Origin: Bugula neritina
Taxonomy: Eukaryota > Animalia > Bryozoa
DNA length: 22,218 bases
Direction of reading: 5' to 3'
Assembly: GCA_964035545.1 (NCBI GenBank)
Contig: CAXIUT010000113.1
Span: 1 to 22,218, forward strand
The stretch's first letter is position 1, and each line of letters opens with the position of its first letter. The notes beneath the pieces were generated by a model. The model searched no databases and was not told the origin of the DNA. It worked only from the letters and a program-made list of their open reading frames with translations. Shown one piece after another: positions 1-10,421 of the stretch. Made by a program: the position numbers and the translations under genes.

Positions 1-93
1 CCCAACCCCAACCCCAACCCCAACCCCAACCCCAACCCCAACCCCAACCCCAACCCCAACCCCAACCCCAACCCCAACCCCAACCCCAACCCC
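1..93 (-). repeat. Left telomere (CCCCAA)n
   Basis: Perfect CCCCAA array at window start; Tetrahymena-type repeat; C-strand begins CCCAA. Confidence 0.98.
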
Positions 94-111
94 TAAATAT
101 ATATATCAACA

Positions 112-2715
112 ATGATAATACTTGATTGTAAGTCTATAAATATAAACTTATATATTGAATAAAATGAATAATAACTCAAAAAGATGTCTTAAAAATCAAA
201 TAACTCAAGCTTAACATCCAAAGTATCTAGCAAAAGATCAAAAGATCAATAAAATAACCATCCAAAAGAACATTATGATAACTATTAACACACAATATTT
301 AAACACTTAAGAATAAACAACTAAACAAAAAAAATACCAGTTAAATCACCTTTCGAATAGCATTTCACAACCAAAACACAATAACCCAAATAAAATAAAA
401 TAATTAAACCTAACACCTAGAATAAAACCTATAAATAAAACCAAATAAAATATTTGCTCTTAGATATTGATAGAATAAATAACATACGTAATCTTCATTA
501 ATAACATAAAAATAAATTAGTTAAATTCGGTAGCAAACTCATCTCCTAGTTCAAATTAAATTTATAATGGAAATATATAGAAATATCAAATACTATCAAA
601 TTGTCAACTGCTATTCAATTTATACTCAATTAATAATGGATATAATAGAAAAATACAGTTAAAATTTGGATATCAAAAATCAACCAAAATCGCTTTGAAT
701 AACATATCATCTCCATCATCAAAAAATAATAACCATCGCTCAATTCTAGTCATTTTATTTAAAATAAACAACTTGCATAGTGGTATACAATCGCACAACT
801 TCAATCCTACTTTAAATAGTCCTTCTTTATTGTCTAATATATTCATAAAAAATAATTATTAATAACCACTACTCCATCACTATGCCCAGTATGCACAGCA
901 AAGTAAGTTAAATCATGTCTTTGCCTTAAACCTTTTACATGCTCTTCATGTATTATTGATAAATAAGCTCGTCTTCATAAAATATTTTGCAAATACAGTA
1001 GTTAGTTCATTCTAACACACGAATCAATGCTAATTAACAAAAACTCAAGACTAGGTCTAATAGGTCTCACCAATCCTAACAACCTAAGCTACTTAAATAC
1101 AGCTCTGCAATGTTTACTTGCTATTTAACCTCTAAATAAATATTTTTTATCAAAATAGTACTTGCATGATATAAATGCAGGTAACATAGAAGGATCATTT
1201 GGATAAATATGTGTTAAATACGCATAGTTAGTTTATCATGCCTGGTGCTAGTCTAGTTGTGTGTACAATCCGAAATAATTGAGAAATTCATTGGGTAGAT
1301 TTTGTAATTAATTGCTAAAATAAAATATAAATATAAATAGCTATCAATGCTTCATAATTATTCTTAACTTCTTAAAATAAGATCTTAAAAGAACTTTATC
1401 TCCTTAAAAATAATCAAAATAAGAGAATAAAATAGTCAATAACTCAATAATAGACAAGATATTCACAATACAAATAAAATAATAAATAACTTGCAACTAT
1501 TGCACCGAAAATACAACAACATTCATAACCAATAAAACCCTATAACTAACATCCCTTCCCCCAAGATAGACAAAACACCAATCAAACGTTCTAAACTGTT
1601 TATTTATCCACTAAAACAGCAACCAAAAAAACATCCAACTAATTCTAGACTACTAGCATCTATAGCTATCATAAATATAAAACAAAATAAGATAAATCCT
1701 AAATATAAAAAACCATCGACATCTGGTCTTCTATCTACTGACCACTCATAGCAATATTTAAAGAATTAGTTGGAAATGTAACCTTTATCAGATATTATCT
1801 ACCTTATAACCTAATAAAAAATAATTTTGCTGTCTGGAGTATCCACAATCATAGCTTTCTTCATAAAATTTTGATATAACTATGACAATTCAACTAAGAA
1901 ATAATAAATTAGATTATTATAGTAATATATTCTTCAAAAAACCACTTTTCTTTTGTAAATATAATCGACCCAAATAAGCTAAATAACTCTTCAAAAAAAT
2001 ATTAATCTATCTATACCCAAGAATATACCTCAAATCTAATAAAAATACTATATAAAATTATATAAAACAGTATGTAGCTTGTCCTCCTTTCAAACTGTTT
2101 ATCTCTTCTGAGCATACAGATAGATAGTTTATATAAATAATGCCTTAAGATTAAATAAAACTATCCATCAATAACACTTAAATTATAGCCAAATTTAATA
2201 ATAATAAGTAGTTTGATGTTAATTAGTTGGCAAATACTAGAAAATATGATATATCAGGGCAACAATTTGGGTAGAAAAAGGTTGTAAGCAAAATGGTTGA
2301 TTGTTCTTTATTTGATTGTATTGAAAGTTATACTAAAAATCAAGTTGTTAGCAATTGGAAATGTCCTTAGTGTTTGAAATATAATAGTAATATCAGTAAA
2401 AATATATCAATATATAAAACTTCAAAAGTAATAGTTATTTTTTTGATAAAAGGTTAAAATATGGTTAATAAGATAGATTTTCCATTTTTATTATCAATAA
2501 AACAATAAAAGTAAAACAAACTAGTTGAATATCGACTAAAAGCAGTAGCTAAATATTATAAAAAAACAAATAATCAACCATATGATCACTATTCTATTTT
2601 AGTTAAACATTCTCATATTTGGTATTAAATAAATGATGATAAAATCAAACAAATCAATTCAGGTTAAATATGCACTCAATATGCCAACTATCTAATATAT
2701 TAAATCCTCTAATGA
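112..2715 (+). CDS. Ubiquitin-specific protease (USP/C19, USP4/15-like) with MYND-like Zn finger; catalytic Cys replaced by Ser
   Basis: Single TGA-free frame with TAR=Glu (867 aa from ATG112; alternative start ATG184). Zn-finger-like CPVC..CLC..CSSC..HKIFC at 883-990; Cys box GLIGLTNPNNLSYLNTALQCL; LKEDLKR; CNYC and WKCPEC Zn pair; His box YRLKAV..DHYS..WYEINDD..ANYLIY; stop TGA 2713-2715. Confidence 0.9.
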
Positions 2716-3069
2716 TTAAATATCTTATAATTATAATTATTTCAAATGGTTTTGTGATCAACTTTAAATAGTAGTTTTCTATTTCAAAAATTATTTATAG
2801 ATTAATAAGATTATTGGCAATAAAATTAATTTTTATAAATCAATTAAATGTCCTTTAGAATGAATAATCAACTAAGATGATCTAATGATAAAAAGATTAC
2901 ATTAATACTTGATTTATTTCCTTTTTGGGATTTCTCTGATTTCAAAAAAACCACTTATTTTCACTCTTAGGTCAGAAGTACTAATTTCCATCAAAACAAA
3001 AAGCCAATATTAATATTATTAATATTATTATCTATTAGATAATATATATAGAAGGGTTTTATCATTTCA

Positions 3070-4614
3070 TCATTCATCTCCTCTGATACTCCTTTCGACT
3101 TAAGAATTAAAATGATATAAAGATAACATCATATCATTCGAATTTATTTATCTGATTTTTCCAAGTGTTATTTTCTCAAACTCTTTGTAGTTTTGAAATC
3201 TCTCATTTTTTATATCTTTTTTCACTTCTTTCTCCAGTAAACCAAAAGGATTAGGTATTATATATTTAGAAGGAAGTTTTATAATATCGAAGTTTAACTC
3301 CTAAACACACTATGTAAACTTGGCAGCATTTTCAAGTCTATTTTTATCAACAAATATCAACTTTCTTCTGTTTTTATTATTTTAATTTTAAGATTCAAGC
3401 CTATTTAATAATTTATTAAATTTACTTTGAGAAAAAGAAGAAGAAAATTGAATACTCCAACTGCCTGCACCTTCATGATTTAACAAAAAGTTCATAACAA
3501 TATCTCTTTTCTCATAAGTGTTTTAAGGAATCTCGATCATTTGTCCATTTTTTGCCCACCCTGAGCCTCTACGATTTTCATACTTAAATTTTACCTCATG
3601 ATAGTAGTATATAGGAAATTCACGAGCAGTCAACTTCTTATAGTACTTGCAAAATTATATTTTTTCCTTCATTTATTTATCTCTCTAGATTTTATATGAA
3701 TTATTCTTTGATAATATTTTCTGATAAGTATAACCTTCAGCATATAGGATCTTTTTTATAGTTTAAACACTTAACTATTTTATACTTAATTGATTATTTT
3801 ACTCTTCTAGTTATTTTTTGAAGATAGCTCTTATTTCAGCACATGTCAAAGTTGGATTCCTATGAATTATCCGAATTAACCTTTTAGTCAAGAAAGAATT
3901 AGTCTATCTTTATTACTGTTTCTTCCAAGAATCTATTTGAGAGTAAATATAGTCCAAATTACCATGTTTTCTGTAGACAATCCAAGCATATTATGTCTGT
4001 TATGATGTCAAGCCCATTTGAGCTGATAGTTCTTTAAAACTAAAGTCATAGCAGGTTGTATTAAAATATGCCTCGAATTTCTTTTACGTTCTTTAGTATT
4101 TTTCCTTACCATTCCAACTTATAATATCCTATCCCATATCAATTTAATTAATATAATAATGATCAATTTGATCAGAAGAAGATTAATTAATTGATAATTA
4201 AATATTATAATTAAGATAGTAATCAATCGCTTCAGGAATAGTTCTTATCTCCTCTTATTAGACAAAAGTTTCATTGCTTTTTTATTTTTGATCTATCTAA
4301 ATATCTTCATACTTTATTTTATTTTATTCTTCTTTTAAGTGTTATTCTTTTAAGTGTTATTCTTTTAGATATTATTCTTTTAGATACTATTCTTTTAAAT
4401 TTTCTTATTTTATGCATTTTTATATAGATTCATCTTTGATGAAATCTTATTTATCTTTGCCTTTGAAATAAGATTGTTCTTAGATGCCTTCATCTATGAT
4501 TTAATCTTTTTCATTTGCAGAATCACTTTCGTTTATTAAAACTCTTTTTGTTAGATAATCATTATTTTCTAGTACTTTTAGCATGATTTTTTTTAGAATT
4601 TGATGCTTCATCAT
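3070..4614 (-). CDS. IS630/Tc1/mariner-family transposase-derived protein with degenerate DDE triad (H/D/G) and ~159-aa acidic N-terminal extension; probably domesticated
   Basis: Open 514-aa frame from ATG4614 (internal ATG4137) to TGA3072-3070. HTH-like SFKELSAQMGLTSEQTEYAWIVYRKHG; second HTH-like IIHRNPTLTCAEIR..LSVETIKKILYAEGYTYQK; catalytic-domain motifs IYYYHEVKF..RGSGWAKNG, LIFVDKN and KLPSKYIIPNPFG, with exactly 34 residues between the second Asp and the terminal-Glu position. Confidence 0.8.
4330..4398 (-). repeat. 15-nt coding tandem repeat (~4.6 copies) encoding LKEE[Y/H]
   Basis: Plus-strand units ttcttttaagtgtta x2, ttcttttagatatta, ttcttttagatacta, partial ttcttttaa; in frame within the transposase-like ORF. 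Confidence 0.9.
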
Positions 4615-4788
4615 GATATATCAAAATATTTACTCTTTTTAAATCTATAAATCATTTCTATAAATATGTTGACATATTTATAAATAAGAGATATATATTA
4701 ATAAAATAATAATATGACATCTTCTGAGAAGTTTATCAGTTCACCTGTGTTTTCAATATATAATTTTCATTACATATCTTCATAAATA

Positions 4789-6453
4789 TCATGATAATGA
4801 TAACAACATCTCCTTTATCAAAGCATCAGAAGATTGTTTTTTCTCAAATGTCTAATTGATAACTTTCTTATCTATCAAAGATACACTTCCAGTTATTCTC
4901 AGAAAAGCCTAGAATAGATTTTATGTAAATATAGGCATGCGATATATGAAGGGATCTGAACAGTCTTTCTTGTAATACACAAACACAGGAGTTGAATTGA
5001 AATTTCTAACCCCTTCTGCTTTGTTTCTATCATTGTTAATTCGGTAAAAATCAAGACCAGGATATCTCCTTCTGTTTCTAGCGAATTCTTAAAATTTTCC
5101 TCCAAACTTTTTGCAACTATGGCAATGATGAGAATAGTGAAAGATAACTTTATCGTGATTATCATCTCTTACCTTTTTATAATTACTTCCAACCAAAGTA
5201 CAAGCCCATTCATTTTCGGCCTTCTAACTCTTATAGTATTGGGATTCATTTTTATTCTAACCAGTACTTTATTTGATCCATTTTTGTATCATTTAAGAGT
5301 TTATTTAGTCAACTTTGTTAATAGGATATCTCCATTAATAACTATTTTTAAGAATCTATTTAACTTATTCTTTCTTCAATGGATTTATAGGATCATAAGC
5401 TTTCAATGACATCTTGGAATAGTTGTTCATTTAGATTACCAATGCTGCACTATCAACTTATCCTGAATAATAGATTTATTTATGCATCTGAGAATAAATA
5501 GGTTTTGATAGTTATTTGCATATCTATTCTTATATTTTAGATGTATTTTGGTTTTTGTTTATTAATACATTCAAGACCAACTAATTTGCTTGTAGATCTT
5601 ATTTTACAGGAGGAAAAACAAACACTTCTCTTAGGTTAGAATTAGCTGGAATTAGACAAAATTCTTTTCCACCGATTTTAAAACTCTCAACCTTTTATCT
5701 ATACTCAGGAAGTATATTTGAATTAACAGAAGAAAGCAAATAAATCCCAGAATTTTTATTTCCCACTCCAAGAATAGTTTTAGATTGACTATCTTTAAGA
5801 ACATATTTAGGACACAATCTCTATCTAACTTCATGGGCTTTAAGATAATCATATAACTACTTCTAACTTTTTTATTAATCTTAACCTGGAACTACCACCA
5901 GAGCTGAATATTTTTAAGTATTATTGATAGTAGATAGTTATTAAGAAATGTTTGATATTCTTACCTATCGAATTCCATTGATAGTTTATATCATCTTTCT
6001 CATTAATTGTTTATTACCAAATTTGATTTGATTTCTAGATCTGTTATGATTGATATACGGGTCCAAATTTATAATTCTTTATCCTCTTTCACTGTAAACT
6101 ATCAATATATTTTACAGCTCATCATCATTTGATTGCTCTCCCTTAATAAACAAAAACTAATAATCAGTACTCACTCGACCTTAAGAATATTCCACAAAAT
6201 CTTATGCTATTTTAATCAACTGATTATCAATAAATTCTTATCCATGCAATTCGCATATCAATACAGCTTTCTTGGGATCTGAACCATTTTCAACATATTC
6301 TCCAATGTCACTAATAACCTTAACTTTAGATGGATAGATAGAGCTAACGTCCTTAGAATGCAGAGAAACATAAGGATTAGCTAGTACATGAGATGATATT
6401 ACAAGAGAAAAAGGTAGTAGCCTCTTGAATGATCTTATAAATCTTCTGAACAT
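4789..6453 (-). CDS. Thioredoxin-fold / PDI-like protein with C-terminal CHSC motif and a mitochondrial-type N-terminus
   Basis: 554-aa open frame. C-terminal region YYKSEK..TLVGSNYKKVRDDNHDKVIFHYSHHCHSCKKFGGKFEEFA..FYRINNDRN..TPVFVYYKK resembles the PDI x-linker plus a' domain. N-terminus MFRRFIRSFKRLLPFS is Arg-rich and lacks acidic residues. Confidence 0.75.
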
Positions 6454-6615
6454 CTCAATTATTATTAAATATCTATAAATATCAATTTACATATCTTATT
6501 TAATAGCTAATTGAAATAATACTTAATTTGATTGATTTTTCATAAAAAACATAAAAAATGAAACCATCTTATATTTTATTGCACAATTCATCTTAATAAT
6601 TACATAATTATTAGC

Positions 6616-9600
6616 ATGTCCATTCATAATAGCTACAATCCTTCAGATTACGAATATCTACTTCGTTCTCTTTCAGAAGGAAGTTTAATCGCTAAGGCAG
6701 AAGCACTTAAAAGGTTTCAAATATTAGCAACATCAGATAAAAGACAATTTACAGTCTATTCCAAAAGAATAGTACTGGCTCTACAAGATCTAATAGGCAT
6801 CTAAAAAGTAATTCCCTCTAACTTAGTAATAAATCAATCTACAAACCACCATGCTAGTCCTCGAAATAATCAATCTCAACCCAAAAGACATAGAATATTA
6901 TATCAGAACTAAATTATTGAAGAAAATAATCAGTAATCTTGGTGACGCCAAAGCACAGTTAAGAAAGACATCACATTATTGCATTTTAGCATATATGAAA
7001 ACATATAAAAGTACAGATTAAATATTAGCTTTATATAACTAGCATGGAATCAATAGTCCAGAATCACAACTCAGACAAAAGTCAATCAATTCCTTTCAAT
7101 CCATTATCATCACGTAACCTAAATGTCTAAATTGGAATTCTAGCTAGTTCAAAAAAATATTTTAACAGTTTATTCTTAAACTCAAAGATTAAAGTCATTT
7201 TGTGCAAAAAGCTACAGAACAATGTCTATTAACTCTTGCAAGAATGAACTAATCACACTCTTTTGCTAAAAAATTATCACCATCTGCTGCAGGATTATAT
7301 AGAACATTTTGTGATGCTCAGAGATAATTGGGAAATCTATAAAGTCTACAAATATAAAAATAAAAGTAATATCATAAAAATAACCAATCACTTCCTCCTT
7401 AATCTAGAACATAAAAAATGTCCAACACCAATAGATCTCAACTATAAAGAATGACCAGAGAATAAACCATCAACAAACAAGCTTTAATCCAAAGAATATA
7501 AGAAATCAGAAAGAATTCTCAAACTCCTCATAAGATATAGACTAATAAATATCCATAAAATAATGAGAATAAGTAAAGATAAAAATATAGAAAACCTTCT
7601 CAATCACAAAAGAACCTATCGAAAATGGACGGATAAAAATCAATTATTCGATAGAAAAGTGCCAAAGAACTTCAACCTCTTATTTTTACTACTAAAACAT
7701 AAAAAATATAAAATGTTTTTGGAAAGAAGTTACTCGATGATCTCAAAAATTAAAGAGATTGGAAAGTAAGATTAAATGCTGTTTAATAACTTTAAACTAA
7801 AATACAAATCTACAAAGAAGCTGTTTAAACAGAAGTCCTTGTTAAAAATTTAGTACCTCCTCTAGTCAAACTACTATCAGATTCTAATTTCAAAATAGCT
7901 TCCATCACTCTTAAAGTCTTCTAATAATTACTAAGAATTCCATCAATTCCTTTATAAAGTCTAGCTCCTCAGGTCGTAGATAGACTAGGAGATGGAAAAG
8001 TAGCTCTTAGACAAGGAGTTGCTCGTCTAATTCGATCTTAGTATTTTAGACTCTACAATCCTATCTGGATTGAATCTCTTCTCGACTTATTAACCAAAAC
8101 AACCAGTTCCTCTCTAAAATAATAAATTTTAGGGATATTCAATCGACTCTACTAAGATGAAGTATTAAAATATCCTTTTTAAAAGATATTAGAATCAGTA
8201 TGTCCGTTGATGGACGATAGTAAAACAAAAATAAAGATAAAAGCCTTAGATTTACTCGTTCAAATAGCAACTGCTACAAATAAAATTGATATTAGCAAAA
8301 GAATCCTCTCAACCAAATTGAATCAAGTTTATTTTGAAATGTTTATTTAAAAAGTAACATTTTAGATAAAACAAAGAGTCACTCCAAGGATAGTAGAATC
8401 ATAGCCTCCACCCACTCGAGGAGAAGGTCGATCAATATCATTTCCATCTCTAAAAAAACATAAAAGTATATTCATCATCAATTAGATTCAGCAAATAATA
8501 CTACCACAAGTTCACTGAAGAAGTATGCCAAAACAATTGATACTAAACCTATCAAAAGAGGTTTATCCGATATGGGTAATAGTTATTTTATGTAGGTGAG
8601 AAACATGATATGAGTATTAATACTCCTGAATAGATAACTCCTTTCTAACCTTTGATAGTTAAAGAAAGAACTGTACTTACTCCAACATAAACTATCAGAA
8701 AAAAACCTGTTAGAAATGTTAAAAGAAGAATACAAAAAACTTTATAATCAAAACTATCCATTAATAATACTGCTGAGTCATAAGGTTTACGACCTTTCTC
8801 AGATCCATAAAAATAACTAAAAAGTCTTCCTTCTGATCTAAAATCATAAAATTGGCAAGTTTCTTTTGATGCTCTTACTAAATTTAGAAGAATCCTTAAA
8901 TTTCATCCAGATATTCTTATTCCAACCATAGCCAGACCTCTAGCTCTTGAAACAGCCAAATTAATTGATAGTCTTAGATCATCTTTGAGTAAAAATGCAG
9001 TAATAACACTTGCTGAATGCACCTAAGTTCTTGGAAGAACACTTGATCCGTAGTTAGATGGTATTTTTTCTCGTTTAATGAGGAAGACTTTAGACACTAA
9101 TTCATTTATTTCATAATAAGTAAAGAAAACATTGATATTAATAGGTACAAATTGTAATTAATCGAAAGTTCTATCTATTTTACATAATTATCATTCATCT
9201 CGAGCAAATCCTATAAAAATAAATATAGTTTGTATTTTATAAGCAATGTCAGCTCTTCAAAGAATATTATAGAAATAAATATAAAGAATTATATCTATTT
9301 TAGTTGATTTTATGAGTTAAGGAGCTCTTTAAATTAGATAAAGATCAAAAAATCTTCTTTCTAAATTAGTTTAAGGAGATAAATTAGGTAAACTAATATC
9401 TCTCATTCCAGCCAATATTTTATAAAAAATAAGAAAAAAATAAAAAAATTAAACCATAATCCCTAAAATAGTTAAATAGCCTTCTAGCAGTGCAATGTCT
9501 AACTATAAATAATAATAGATATCGCATAAATAGGAACCCGCCATCAAAAAGAAGAAAATAACTTCTTTCCCAAAATAATTCTAAGAACTATAATAACTAC

Positions 9601-10217
9601 TACTATCATGCTAAACTACTTAATGGAAAGCAAGACAGTCATCTCTATCGAAAATAGCTTCAATAACTAAAGCCTTTCCATCATAACTCACACAATACCG
9701 GCTCAATACTCGTATCATTTAGATTTTTGCAAAACAATCTAATGATCCCAATTCGAAAGTAGCCATCTCTGCTCTAACTCTCTTCATACAAATAGTTCCT
9801 CTTATCCCAAGAATTATCTAAACTAATCTAAGTGTCATATGCAATGAAATATTCAACTGCTTTGCTTCTCATAAAGCCTAAGTAAGAGAACTTTCTTTGA
9901 GCCTTTTTGATCATATTTCGTCTAAAGTATAGAATTGGATGCTTGTGCAACATCTATGCACTGGTGTACTATATGGTTCAGCAAAAGGGAAAGTTAATAT
10001 TTTAGTAAAGTTGATTAAAATTTTATCAACAGCTTTCAAATAGAAAAAGAATGCAATTTAGAAACATATATACTCTTTGATAAATAAGCTATCAGATTAA
10101 CCTAAAAGTTAAATAACTCCAGTAATCAGATAACTCATCAGCATAACAATAAATTTATGGAAATAGGAAGCCTACTCAGCTCTAAAGCAATCAGCTAAAA
10201 ATTTAATTTCATAATGA
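6616..10217 (+). CDS. TOGARAM1: Multi-TOG/HEAT microtubule-binding protein, TOGARAM1/FAM179/Crescerin (CHE-12)-like
   Basis: About 1180 aa after removing introns 6808-6826, 8466-8485 and 8576-8595. Four TOG-like blocks: NLGDAKAQLRK; DWKVRLNAVEEL..LLSDSNFKIA..RLGDGKVALRQ; LRPFSDPE..ENWQ..RRILKFHPDIL..SLRSSLSKNA; EWKARQ..DPNSKVAISAL. Confidence 0.8.
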
Positions 10218-10322
10218 TAACAACTCTGATCAGTAGTATTTTAATAATTCTTTTATAACTACTTAATATATCTAAATCCTCATAATATACTAAATATGAT
10301 AAATCTAGTTGATTATTATACA

Positions 10323-10421
10323 GGGGTTGGGGTTGGGGTTGGGGTTGGGGTTGGGGTTGGGGTTGGGGTTGGGGTTGGGGTTGGGGTTGGGGTTGGGGTT
10401 GGGGTTGGGGTTGGGGTTGGG
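10323..10421 (+). repeat. Telomeric tract (GGGGTT)n: right end of molecule 1, internal in this window
   Basis: 99-nt perfect array 105 nt after the TOG gene stop; ends TTGGG and abuts mid-CDS sequence. Confidence 0.97.

Larger units (their letters stand above)
1..10421. other. Complete ~10.4-kb four-gene macronuclear minichromosome
   Basis: CCCCAA cap on the left, GGGGTT cap on the right, four complete genes between. Confidence 0.85.

Noticed and set aside
2716-4788. Active Tc1/IS630 transposon insertion
   Set aside because: Two of three catalytic residues are lost and no terminal inverted repeats were found by eye; a formal inverted-repeat search was not run.
6157-6174. Possible in-frame 18-nt intron gtgagtactgattattag in the PDI-like gene
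   Set aside because: Not needed for the frame, shorter than all supported introns and lacks the -6 A; cannot be excluded without cDNA.
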